Origin: Clostridia bacterium
Lineage (GTDB): Bacteria; Bacillota; DTU025
Length of the DNA stretch: 64,000 nt
Direction of reading: 5' to 3'
Assembly (NCBI GenBank): GCA_034926675.1
Contig: JAYFQW010000028.1
Coordinates: 4,693-68,692, forward strand
Shown: in pieces, positions 49,006 to 58,419 of the stretch
Layout of the letters: each line of letters begins with the position of its first letter
How positions within the stretch are numbered: the stretch's first letter is position 1
Program-made: the position numbers and the translations under genes
The notes under the pieces: generated by a model
What the model was told of the DNA's origin: nothing
Seen by the model: the letters and a program-made list of their open reading frames with translations, nothing else
Databases searched by the model: none

Positions 49006-49992
49006 ATGCAGACGATTTTCAGGGGAAAACACTTCATCACCTTGGAGGAATGGTCGCTTGAGGAGATCGATACGCTTCTGGATGTGTCGTATGAGCTGAA
49101 GCGCGATTTTGCCATGGACAGGCCCACAGATTACCTGCCGCGCAAGACCGTGTTCCTCATGTTCTTTGAGCAGTCTACGCGCACTCGAAACTCAATGGAA
49201 GCCGGCATTACGCAGTTGGGCGGACATGCCCACTTCCTCGATGCCAGCAACATGCAGATCGCGCACGGCGAAGTCGCCAAGGATACGGCAGTCATCCTCT
49301 CGAGAATGGGCCACGCCATAGCCTGCAGGAACTGCTTCTGGAAGCAGGGGAATACGTATCTTCGCGACATGGCGAAGGCTTCGACAGTCCCCATCATCAG
49401 CATGCAGGACGATCTGTATCACCCACTTCAGGCCATTGCAGACCTGATGGCGATCCAGGAGAAGAAGGGCAGGAACACCAGGAACCTTAAAGTCTCCGTG
49501 ATATGGGCGTACGCCACAACCCACAAGAAGCCCATCTCCGTTCCTGTGAGCCAGGTCCTTCTCTTCCCGAGATACGGAATCGATGTCACGCTTGCCTATC
49601 CAGAGGGATACGATCTGCCCGACTGGGTAATCGAGAAGGCCAGGAAGAACGCTGGCGCCCACGGCGGATCCTTCAGGATAACTCATGACCAGGAAGAAGC
49701 CTATCGAGATGCCGACGTCGTATTCCCCAAGAACTGGGGCAGCTGGGTGACCAACGAGAGCACGGCAGTGGTTGACTCGCTTCTCGAAGCGAACAAGGGC
49801 TGGAAGTGCACCAGCGCCCGGATGGCGCTGACGGCGAAGGATTCACTATACATGCACGCCCTGCCTGCCGACCGCCTCAACGAAGTAGAGGACGCCGTGA
49901 TCGACGGGCCTCACTCAGCCATCTACGATGAGGCAGAGAACAGGCTTCACACAGCAAAGGCCGTCATGGCGCTTACCATGGGGGGAAGATAG
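49006..49992 (+). CDS. carbamoyltransferase of the ATCase/OTCase superfamily with a non-canonical second-substrate site
   Basis: Carbamoyl-phosphate motifs STRTRNS and HPLQ are present. The ornithine SMG loop is replaced (DVVFPKNWGSW) and HCLP is replaced by HALP. Confidence 0.75.
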   Translation: MQTIFRGKHFITLEEWSLEEIDTLLDVSYELKRDFAMDRPTDYLPRKTVFLMFFEQSTRTRNSMEAGITQLGGHAHFLDASNMQIAHGEVAKDTAVILSRMGHAIACRNCFWKQGNTYLRDMAKASTVPIISMQDDLYHPLQAIADLMAIQEKKGRNTRNLKVSVIWAYATTHKKPISVPVSQVLLFPRYGIDVTLAYPEGYDLPDWVIEKARKNAGAHGGSFRITHDQEEAYRDADVVFPKNWGSWVTNESTAVVDSLLEANKGWKCTSARMALTAKDSLYMHALPADRLNEVEDAVIDGPHSAIYDEAENRLHTAKAVMALTMGGR

Positions 49993-50064
49993 CGAGAGGA
50001 GGGGTAGCGGCAAGCACACTACAGAGCATTCAGGTAAGGTGCAAGCTTCGTAGGTCAAGCTTAT

Positions 50065-50613
50065 GTGATACCGGAGTCGGCATGGATCCAGTCCCTGATG
50101 CCGGGGACCCGTTTCCACTGGGGGTTTTTCGTGGCTCTGGCGGCGGCCCTGCTGGCGTATGTGATTCTCTGGCGGACCAGCCTTGGCTTCAAAATCCGGG
50201 CTGTGGGCATGAACCGGAGCGCTGCCCGGTATGCGGGAATCGACGAGAAGAAGATATTCGTGATCGTCTTCCTGATCAGCGGAGCGTTTGCCGGCCTGGC
50301 CGGGTTCATGGAGGTCAATGGCATCCAGCACATGGCCGTCCAGGGGTTCAACCCGGTGCTGGGCTCGGAGGGGATAGGGATAGCCATCCTGGGCAACGCT
50401 CACCCTCTAGGAATTGTGCTCTCCGGCCTGCTGTTCGGGGCGCTCAAGGTGGGTGGAAACCTGCTGACGCAGACGACCACCATTCCATCTAGCATCATCG
50501 GGATCATGGAAGGCTTCGTGATGCTCTTTGTGGTTCTGTCGTACTTCGTCCAAAAGAAGATCATCCTGGCCCAGCGCAAGAGAGACCTGGTGAAAGGGGA
50601 GGAGAGCGTATGA
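50065..50613 (+). pseudogene. N-terminally truncated ABC transporter permease (RbsC/Bmp-type), C-terminal half only
   Basis: 182 aa beginning 72 nt after the preceding stop. Contains the mid-protein RAVGMNRSAARYAGI motif but lacks the N-terminal TM helices. Confidence 0.45.
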
Positions 50614-51530
50614 TGATCACTGGCCTTCTGGCAAGAGCACTGCAGATGAGCACTCCCCTGTTTCTGGGATCCCTGGCTGAGGTCTTCGTTGAGCGGACCG
50701 GCGTGATGAATATGGCCATCGAAGGGATCTTCCTGATGGGCGCCTGGGGAGGCTTCGTCGGGGCGTATCTGACAAAGAGCCTGTTCTGGGGCTTGATAAT
50801 GGCCATGACGGTCGGCGTCGCGGTAGGCGCGGTATACGCCTACATTACGGTGAGACTGAAACAGCACCAGATCGTGACGGGCGTGGCGCTCAATATCCTG
50901 TCGGCGGGAATCAGTGTCTACCTGTACAGGGTGCTCTTCGGAGTGCCTCTGATCCCCCTGACGGTCGACTCGCTCAGGAGGATGCCCATTCCGTTGCTTT
51001 CCCGGATCCCGATCATCGGTCCGGCGCTGTTCAACCAGAATATCCTGACCTACCTGGCCCTGGCCCTGATGCCCATAGGATACTGGATCCTGTTCAGAAC
51101 CCGTCTTGGGCTTGTTGTCCGTTCGACCGGGGCTAACCCGGAGGCGGTGGACGCCGCGGGAACAAACGTTGAAAGGACGCAGTTCCTGGCTGTTCTCGCT
51201 TCGAGTGCCCTGGACGGCCTGGCCGGGGCGTTCTACTCAATCGGGTTCCTTGGTATGTTCTCAGACGACATCATTGGCGGTCGAGGGTGGATCGCGTTCG
51301 CAATCTGCTTCCTCGGCAACTGGAATCCTATTGGCGCTCTGATCGGAGGACTCATATTCGGACTGGCAGACAGTCTGGCAGTGCTGCTGCAGACCTCTGG
51401 CATCAGGATCGTGCCCAACGAGCTTCTGATCGCACTGCCGTATATACTGACTATCATCGCTACGATAACCAGGAAGCAGTTCAACGTGCCCGCGTATCTG
51501 GGAGTCCCGTACGTGAAGGAACGGAGCTAG
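50610..51530 (+). CDS. ABC transporter permease (RbsC/Bmp-type)
   Basis: Polytopic membrane protein, VVRSTGANPEAVDAAGTNV motif typical of this permease family. Confidence 0.7.
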   Translation: MMITGLLARALQMSTPLFLGSLAEVFVERTGVMNMAIEGIFLMGAWGGFVGAYLTKSLFWGLIMAMTVGVAVGAVYAYITVRLKQHQIVTGVALNILSAGISVYLYRVLFGVPLIPLTVDSLRRMPIPLLSRIPIIGPALFNQNILTYLALALMPIGYWILFRTRLGLVVRSTGANPEAVDAAGTNVERTQFLAVLASSALDGLAGAFYSIGFLGMFSDDIIGGRGWIAFAICFLGNWNPIGALIGGLIFGLADSLAVLLQTSGIRIVPNELLIALPYILTIIATITRKQFNVPAYLGVPYVKERS

Positions 51531-51544
51531 GAACGAAGCAGGCG

Positions 51545-52291
51545 CTAAGCTAAGGCTTGACCGGGCGGACATGCTGCTTGAGTCCTCCGCGAGATGGTTT
51601 CGCACTTCTCTCTATGGACGCACACATCGCACATGCTATAGGCTCTGAGCCTTTCTGGGAGCGTCGGGCCCATGGGAAACATGACTGACACCGACTTGAG
51701 CGGGCTCATCATGAACGAGGAGGACAGTGTGACTCCGATTCTGCGGGCGTCGAGCAGCGAGAACAGCACTGCCTGGGACTCTATGGGGATGGCATGGCAC
51801 CCAGGCGCGAGCCTGGGGCCTATGTCAACCTGGAGGCGTTCCGCTTCCGCGCGTCTGGCGCAGACCGCTCGGAACTCGCCTGTCATGCGACGAAGGAGAA
51901 TAGTGCCCATCGTGTCGAGGACGACTGCGGCGAGGGGGTCGCCCGAGGCGAACACCTCCTGCACTCTGTGCTCCAGGTTCGGGCCTATGGTTCCGATGCC
52001 GATGGCTAAGTGTGTTGCCCCTTGAAGCAATGGGCCTGAACATGAGATGTCGAAGCCCCCTGCTAGGCTTATCGAGTCACGCGTGATGGCGGTAATCCTG
52101 CTGACCGTTGAGATGAGCATGGGCGTTGCGAGCCCTGCGGAGATTGCGACGTTGGCCTCTTCGATGGATTGGAGCACTGATTGAAGCGCAGCGCCGGATG
52201 ACTCGCCGCCGATGGCGGCGAGCACCTCTTCAGGCGGAATAGCAGTAGCCTGCATATGTATGATTCGGCAGTCAGCGTATGGCTCTATCAT
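51545..52291 (-). CDS. methionine-synthase activation-domain-like protein (Met_synt_B12-type, candidate SAM-dependent corrinoid reactivation)
   Basis: RLAPGCHAIP and SFMMSPLKSVSVMF resemble MetH activation-domain motifs RPAPGYPACP and SFAMWPGASVSGWYF. Lies 4 nt downstream of the RACo gene. Confidence 0.5.
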   Translation of the reverse strand: MIEPYADCRIIHMQATAIPPEEVLAAIGGESSGAALQSVLQSIEEANVAISAGLATPMLISTVSRITAITRDSISLAGGFDISCSGPLLQGATHLAIGIGTIGPNLEHRVQEVFASGDPLAAVVLDTMGTILLRRMTGEFRAVCARRAEAERLQVDIGPRLAPGCHAIPIESQAVLFSLLDARRIGVTLSSSFMMSPLKSVSVMFPMGPTLPERLRAYSMCDVCVHREKCETISRRTQAACPPGQALA

Positions 52292-52306
52292 TGTTGTGAC
52301 AGCCTT

Positions 52307-54292
52307 TCATAGTGGAACGTGGGACTGGGCTTCAAAGGTCATGCAGTCGGTGAAGACTTCCATGAACCTAGGATCCGCGCTTAACTCGATGTGCTCGATT
52401 ACGCGCGCAAGGCGGAGCGCCTCGCGGTAGAAGACGCTGTTCGCGACTGCTAGTGCCGCTCCTTCCCCTGCCGCGTTTCCGATCGACTCGATCCTGGCGC
52501 GTTGAGCGGCCGGCAGAAGGCCTATGGCCACTGCAGCCCGGTTATCCAGGTATGTGCCGAAGGCGCCTGCGAGGACTACTCGCTCAAGATCGCCCGCTCC
52601 AATTCCCGCCTGCGCAAGCAGGATCTCTGCGCCTGCCCTGATTGCTCCCTTTGCGAGCTGCAGCTCCCGAACATCGCGCTGGGTGAGGGCCACCTCGGGT
52701 GTGCTCTCCTTCGCTAGCTTCAGGATGAATCGAGCGCCGCCGGGTCCGTCTACGAGCCGCTTGTCGCCAGCGCCCTGGGCGTAGGCGCCATTGCCCAGGA
52801 TCAAACCTGCTTCGCGCAGTGCAGCCACCAGGCTCACTAACCCCGATCCGCACACCCCGATTGGTTCTCCGCCGCCGATCACGTGCAGCTCAATGCCTGC
52901 GTCCGTCTGCAGATGCGGCAGATGCCTGTCTGAAGTGCGCGGCTTGCGCAGCCCAGCCCAGTCGATGGCCCCATCGGAGGCGATCATCCCGCACGAGATG
53001 CTTACCCCCTCAAAGGCCGGCCCGGCTGCAGTGGAGCAGGCAAGCACTCGTCCATTCGCCGCGAGCAGTATCTCACCATTAGTGCCGATGTCGATAAGGA
53101 GCATGGGGCGTGAGTGCTCGTGGACGCCCGCTGCTACTGCTGCGGCAAGTGCGTCGGAGCCGACGAATCCGGCTATGTTCGGGAGAAAGAAGAAACGTCC
53201 AAGGGGGTTCACCGAGTGAACACCCACATCAAGCGGTGACATGAGTCCACAGTCAATCGCCGCCGGAGCGTATGGAAGCCTTGCTAGCCTGCCGGGTGCG
53301 ATGCCTAGGAACAGATGGTGCATGCAGGTGTTCCCAACGGCTCCCGTGAGGTAGATCTGCTTACTGCTCACCCCTGCTTGTGAGGCGAGCCTGGCTATGA
53401 GGCTGTCGATTGCGTCAACTGCCTCCGAACGCAACTCAGCGAGGCCGCCGGGGCTCTCGGAGTAGGCGATGCGCGAGATGAGGTCAGCGCCATGCCTGGA
53501 TTGCGGATTCAGCGTTCCCGTTGCGCCCACAATGTGGCCAGAGGACAGATCGATGAGATACGCCACGAGGGTGGTAGTGCCGATATCAAGTGCGATCCCA
53601 TAGGCGGAGGCGCGTACAGCGGACGTGCAGGCGGATGTGCAGGCGGCGGATGTGCAAGCGGCGCCCGCGGCTGCTGTCTCCGCCACATCGATCAGCTGGC
53701 CATCTACGGATACTCCGTGCAGCCGCAGGGCGCCCGTGCTTCCCGTGCCTGAGAAGGCCTGAGCCGCTCGCCTGATGAGGGGCAATACGCCCTGGCCGGC
53801 GTTGAACGCCGACGCGACGCGTTCCCAGTCGGAGGCGGCTGGCTTCTCCAGGTCGATCAGGACATCGCGCATCGTCACCCGAGGTTCGAATGCCGTTCGG
53901 GCGTCAGCAGACGGAGCGGCATTCGCTCCGCCCTCTGCCAGGGCCGGGTCTCCGTGCAGAAGCACGAAGGCAGAACGCTCAATATCTGGGCCGGCGGCGC
54001 CTATGATCACTTCGGAGTCGCCCGCGATTGCTGCCTGGCACGCGAGACGCACGCCGCCGGCGAGTTCAGCCTCGGTGAGCAATTCTCGCTCAGCGTCGGT
54101 CGGAGCCGAGAGTCCGCCAGTCGCTGATACCTTGCATCTACCGCACACTCCTCGACCGGCGCACGGGGCATACACGCCCACACCCGCACGCCTCAATATG
54201 TCGAGCAGCAAGGCGCCTGGTTCTGCAATTGCGCAGATCTCGGTATGTGCGCTTGGCTGCGCGGCGCGTCCTACGATTCGAACAGAGGTCAA
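52307..54292 (-). CDS. reductive activator of corrinoid proteins (RACo/RamA-like: N-terminal [2Fe-2S] ferredoxin + ASKHA ATPase)
   Basis: Plant-type ferredoxin Cys pattern (CAGRGVCGRCKV...LACQ). Large ASKHA-like domain with an Ala/Cys/Thr/Ser-rich low-complexity insert. Confidence 0.7.
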   Translation of the reverse strand: MTSVRIVGRAAQPSAHTEICAIAEPGALLLDILRRAGVGVYAPCAGRGVCGRCKVSATGGLSAPTDAERELLTEAELAGGVRLACQAAIAGDSEVIIGAAGPDIERSAFVLLHGDPALAEGGANAAPSADARTAFEPRVTMRDVLIDLEKPAASDWERVASAFNAGQGVLPLIRRAAQAFSGTGSTGALRLHGVSVDGQLIDVAETAAAGAACTSAACTSACTSAVRASAYGIALDIGTTTLVAYLIDLSSGHIVGATGTLNPQSRHGADLISRIAYSESPGGLAELRSEAVDAIDSLIARLASQAGVSSKQIYLTGAVGNTCMHHLFLGIAPGRLARLPYAPAAIDCGLMSPLDVGVHSVNPLGRFFFLPNIAGFVGSDALAAAVAAGVHEHSRPMLLIDIGTNGEILLAANGRVLACSTAAGPAFEGVSISCGMIASDGAIDWAGLRKPRTSDRHLPHLQTDAGIELHVIGGGEPIGVCGSGLVSLVAALREAGLILGNGAYAQGAGDKRLVDGPGGARFILKLAKESTPEVALTQRDVRELQLAKGAIRAGAEILLAQAGIGAGDLERVVLAGAFGTYLDNRAAVAIGLLPAAQRARIESIGNAAGEGAALAVANSVFYREALRLARVIEHIELSADPRFMEVFTDCMTFEAQSHVPL

Positions 54293-55266
54293 TGCCGTCC
54301 CTCCATCATGAATGCGTCGATGTTCTCGTGCGGGGTCTCATAGGGGAGGTCGCAACCGGTGCTGAGTATGAAGTTATCACGTTCCGCCATGGAGTCAAGC
54401 AATGCGCGCACTGCCCGAGCCACGTTCTCCGGGTCCTGCTGCACCATGACGCCGACTGGATCGACGTTGCCGATCAGCACGACCTCTGGGTCAACCACCC
54501 TGGCCGCTGCCGGGAAGTCCACCGGGGAATCGAGGGATAGCCCCTGTGCACCTGTTGAACACATCTCGCGCAGGAGGTGCGTGGTGTCGCCGCATATGTG
54601 TAAGACCATAATGTCGGCCATTCCGGGAGAGGCGATGAGTTCCTTGACGTACGTTCCACAGAATTCATGGAAAGATCTGGGGGATAGGAACGTGGCTGTG
54701 GGTTCGAGGATTGCGACCATGTCGGCTCCGGCGTCAGCCAGGGCCCGGGCATACCTGATGCACAGGTTCTGGCAGAATCTCACTGTACCATGAACGAGCT
54801 CGGGATCGGTGATGGTGGCGACCGCAAGCTCCGAGGCGCCCATGAGCAGACCGGCCAGGGTGAACGGTCCAGTTATGTATCCGGCTTTCGGGATCGAGAT
54901 GCTGCGGCTCATCAGTTCCATCGTCTTGACATATGCTGCTATCCTGGCATCGTCCATAGGATCGAGAGCATTCAGAAGGGCAAGATCGGTCACCTGGGTC
55001 ACTGGGTGCTCTTCCACCGTTGGCGATTCGAACGGAGGGTATCTCACAGGAAGGCCGAGGGCCCCCGCTTCTAGGGAAAGATCCATCATAAAGAAGATCG
55101 CATCGGGAGAGAACCGCTCTGCAGCCCGGGCCACGGTCCTGGCGTGCAGACCGGGGTTGAACTCGTTCTGCTTGAGAGAGGAGCCGGTGAGGCGTGCCCC
55201 AGGGTAGCCCAGCAGGGGCACGACAAGTCGCCGCTCTGATGATCGCACCAGATCAATGAGCCTCAT
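54289..55266 (-). CDS. MtaA/MtbA-like methylcobamide methyltransferase (URO-D family)
   Basis: DAIFFMMD, ILEPTATFLSP, zinc motif HICGDT with a second Cys (EMCSTG). Start at ATG 55266 (MRLIDL) after an AAAGGAGG RBS; the listed ORF extends to 55356. Confidence 0.7.
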   Translation of the reverse strand: MRLIDLVRSSERRLVVPLLGYPGARLTGSSLKQNEFNPGLHARTVARAAERFSPDAIFFMMDLSLEAGALGLPVRYPPFESPTVEEHPVTQVTDLALLNALDPMDDARIAAYVKTMELMSRSISIPKAGYITGPFTLAGLLMGASELAVATITDPELVHGTVRFCQNLCIRYARALADAGADMVAILEPTATFLSPRSFHEFCGTYVKELIASPGMADIMVLHICGDTTHLLREMCSTGAQGLSLDSPVDFPAAARVVDPEVVLIGNVDPVGVMVQQDPENVARAVRALLDSMAERDNFILSTGCDLPYETPHENIDAFMMEGRH

Positions 55267-55288
55267 TGAGCTGCCTCCTTTCCGCGCG

Positions 55289-55924
55289 TCACGCGTGAAC
55301 GAGCAGTCGCGCCAGGTCAACTGCCGAGCTTGCATCTGGAGAGTAGCCGTCCGCACCGATCTCCTTGGAGTAGCGGTCTGTAACTGGTGCGCCGCCTATG
55401 ATCACCTTGACCTGGTCCCTCAGGCCTGCAACCTTCAGGGATTCAATGGTAGCTTTCATGGCGGGCATTGTCGTTGTGAGAAGGGCGGACATCCCCAGAA
55501 TGTCGGGCCTCTCGTTCTTCACGGCATCAACGAACTTGCCAGGCGGCACATCAGTGCCCAGGTCAATCACTTCGAACCCAGCGCCTTCGAACATCATCTT
55601 AACAAGGTTCTTGCCGATGTCGTGAAGATCGCCCTTGACAGTGCCGATTACGAGCTTGCCGGCAAATGAAGCTCCCGTCTTCGCCAGGATCGGCCTGATT
55701 AGGTTCAGCCCCGCATACATCGCCCGTGCGGCCACCATCACCTCAGGGACGTAGATCTCGTTCCTCTTGAACTTGGCGCCAACGACCAACATCGGAGCAA
55801 TCAGGCCTTCATTCAGAATCTCCTGAACATCAACGCCATCTGCGAGCGCCTTCTCGGTGATCTCCTTCACCTTCGGCGCGTTTCCCGCATCAAGCGCCGC
55901 GCACATTTCGCTGTAGTCGAACAA
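55289..55924 (-). CDS. cobalamin-binding corrinoid protein (MtaC/MtbC-like; B12-binding_2 cap + Rossmann B12 domain)
   Basis: DxHxxG cobalamin-binding motif (DLHDIGKN), GGAPVT loop, about 210 aa. Confidence 0.8.
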   Translation of the reverse strand: MFDYSEMCAALDAGNAPKVKEITEKALADGVDVQEILNEGLIAPMLVVGAKFKRNEIYVPEVMVAARAMYAGLNLIRPILAKTGASFAGKLVIGTVKGDLHDIGKNLVKMMFEGAGFEVIDLGTDVPPGKFVDAVKNERPDILGMSALLTTTMPAMKATIESLKVAGLRDQVKVIIGGAPVTDRYSKEIGADGYSPDASSAVDLARLLVHA

Positions 55925-56033
55925 CAGAACAACCTCCCGTCAATGGTCAGTGATCTTTGCCAACTCGAGTGTCCAATGCTAGCTTAGAGCATTACAGTGA
56001 CTGTTTCCATGGACACATCTGTGGTTTCATGCA

Positions 56034-57341
56034 CTATCCTGCTGAAATCATCCGTTTGCGGTAGTCTCGCGGAGACAGCCCTTCCGCCCGTTTGAAACAC
56101 CTGCTGAAGTGGGCAGGGTCCTGAAAGCCAGTCCTCTCCGCTACTTCTGCAATTCCACATCCTGCCACGGTCAGCAGATGCTTCGCCTCTTCAATGCGCA
56201 TCGCTGTGAGGTAATCCATGACGGATGTGCCCGTTTCCTGCTTGAACAGGTGGCTGAGATGGGATGGGCTGAGGCAGACGTAGGAGGCTACGTCGGCCAC
56301 CGAGAGTTTGTTGGAGAAGTTGCGGCGCATGAAGGCGGCACACTCTCGGATTACACCCTTGCTTACGTGTGCGCACCCGGCGTCAGTATTGTTGTGGCGG
56401 TTGTGTCCTGTTCCAACCGCCGCCCTCGTTTCCGATTCGCGCCCGCCACGGGTGCTGTCGGCTGCATCTGGGACTGCAGTGAGGAACTCGTCGAGCACGC
56501 GAACGATCCAGGCACACAATTCCTCGAACACCGCACAGCGCGAAAGCAGTCCTACTGACTCGTAGTTGAGCCCTAGGATGCGCTCTGGGTCTGCTCCTGC
56601 CTCCACAGCCGCTCTGGCCAGGAATACGGCGAGTTCCAAGAGTCGTGCTTTGATGATATCGATTCGGGTGGGCTCAGTGAGGAAGATGTCGGCGAGCATG
56701 GTATTGAGGATTCGCTTCGCTTCTGAACGCTGCCTTGCGCGGACTGCGCGCATCAGATCGCGCTCTCTGCGAGGGGAGTACATTCCCCAGGTGCAGCAGG
56801 CCTTCTCAAGCCGTTTGCGCTCCTGTATCTCCTCTCCCAGCAGCCGTTGCTGCCTGTAGATCTCGTTTCTCTGACGCAGTGCGAGGTCGTTCGACTGAAC
56901 AACGTGGGAAGCTGCCGCGAACAGCAGTTCCGCAGCTGCCTGCACTCTTACAGTGGAAACGTGCTCGATTTCGCCTACTGCTTCCGCTAGGCGGATTCTG
57001 TCGATGCAGAGGTCGGCCGTGCGGGCGGACACGTCCTGAACGAAGTAGTCGTCAGGCTCCCACATGATGACCTGTCCGCATACGATGGACCCAAGCAGGC
57101 CGCCGCCAAGGGCGGTTTCGTCTGCCACGAGAGGCGCCGCCCAACACACCAGCCCAGCATGGCATTGGAACACGTAGAGGTCTCCGAGGTTCTCGGCCTC
57201 CCGGCCCGCGCGAGCATACGAACGGGAGCATCTGTCCCGGCCCTCCTGCGAGGATCGCACTAGTCTGCAGAGGGAACAATGCTCCCAGTCGCGCGGCGCC
57301 ATCACCGGTTCGCCTGAAGCGCCGATTACCCTGGCGACCAT
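56034..57341 (-). CDS. AraC-family transcriptional regulator with an N-terminal PocR-like sensory domain
   Basis: C-terminal AraC HTH (LSVADVASYVCLSPSHLSHLFKQETG...). N-terminal roughly 170 aa PocR-like domain (FQCHAGL region); PocR domains are associated with B12-related regulons. Confidence 0.65.
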   Translation of the reverse strand: MVARVIGASGEPVMAPRDWEHCSLCRLVRSSQEGRDRCSRSYARAGREAENLGDLYVFQCHAGLVCWAAPLVADETALGGGLLGSIVCGQVIMWEPDDYFVQDVSARTADLCIDRIRLAEAVGEIEHVSTVRVQAAAELLFAAASHVVQSNDLALRQRNEIYRQQRLLGEEIQERKRLEKACCTWGMYSPRRERDLMRAVRARQRSEAKRILNTMLADIFLTEPTRIDIIKARLLELAVFLARAAVEAGADPERILGLNYESVGLLSRCAVFEELCAWIVRVLDEFLTAVPDAADSTRGGRESETRAAVGTGHNRHNNTDAGCAHVSKGVIRECAAFMRRNFSNKLSVADVASYVCLSPSHLSHLFKQETGTSVMDYLTAMRIEEAKHLLTVAGCGIAEVAERTGFQDPAHFSRCFKRAEGLSPRDYRKRMISAG

Positions 57342-57564
57342 CCCCGTCGCCTCAGTGAAGGAACGGAGGATGCGCTCCAGAGTCGGCTCTTCCAGAACAT
57401 CGCTCAGATTCGTCAGACCTCTCCACCTCCCTTGGCTGCCTCATCGAAGCTGCCTTTCCGAGTGTGGTGTCGCGCGTGCCGTTGACACCGGCACGACAGT
57501 ACCAATAGAATAGTAGTGATCAATATTACTACTACCCTATTTGGGGTTCGGAGGCAAGAGCCAC

Positions 57565-58419
57565 GTGATTGGATTGGTCGATGCTCTACAGGGAATGGGC
57601 CTTTCGCTGAATGAGGCCAAGGCATACTACGCCCTTGTACGCGAAGGGCCAGCGAACGGCTATGAGATAAGCAAGAGGTCTGGGATTACCAGATCGGTGG
57701 TGTATGGTGTCCTCGACAGGCTCGTGGAAAAGGGATACCTCCTCCCGGTCGATTCCGACCCGGTGATGTATGCCCCGCTGCCTCCGTCGCAGCTTGTAAA
57801 GGGATTTCGTGAGACTTACGAATCGAATCTAGGCAATCTGGAACGCGGCCTCAGCAAGCTCGCCGCCGGAGTGAACGAGGAGGCGTACATTCTGGGAGTG
57901 TCGGGCTATGATGACACGATCCGGAAGGCGCGGGATCTTATCCGCAACGCAATGGTGGAAGTTGTGGTGTCCGCCTGGGGAAGCGACTGTGCGCCTATTC
58001 GGCAGGATCTGGAGGATGCGCACCGAGCCGGCAAGCATGTAATCATCTTCTGCCATACCAAGGTGCCTTTCAACGTGGGGAGCATCCACGAGTATGGGCT
58101 CGACGAGAGTATCATAAGGCACAAGTGGCCCAACAGGCGGATTGTCGTTGCGGCCGATTGCCGAACGGTGCTCTTGGGCGACATCAGAAATGGCTCCGAT
58201 TTGGGGATAGTGACATCCAATCCGATCATCGTTCAGATGACTGTTGAGCATGTCATACTCGACATACTGCATCTTGCGCAGTTGAAGTCGGGTATAGGCG
58301 ACCTAGCGGAGCATATACACTCGGGCGACGACTATATGCGGGTAATCGAGGATCAACACAGGAAGCTATCCCTTGGACAGCTGGACCTGCCTACGCCTGT
58401 CCCCATGGATGGACGATAG
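57565..58419 (+). CDS. TrmB-family sugar-responsive transcriptional regulator
   Basis: N-terminal winged HTH (LSLNEAKAYYALVREGPANGYEISKRSGITRSVVYGVLDRLVEKGYL), C-terminal TrmB sugar-binding-like domain. GTG start after GGAGG. Confidence 0.65.
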   Translation: MIGLVDALQGMGLSLNEAKAYYALVREGPANGYEISKRSGITRSVVYGVLDRLVEKGYLLPVDSDPVMYAPLPPSQLVKGFRETYESNLGNLERGLSKLAAGVNEEAYILGVSGYDDTIRKARDLIRNAMVEVVVSAWGSDCAPIRQDLEDAHRAGKHVIIFCHTKVPFNVGSIHEYGLDESIIRHKWPNRRIVVAADCRTVLLGDIRNGSDLGIVTSNPIIVQMTVEHVILDILHLAQLKSGIGDLAEHIHSGDDYMRVIEDQHRKLSLGQLDLPTPVPMDGR

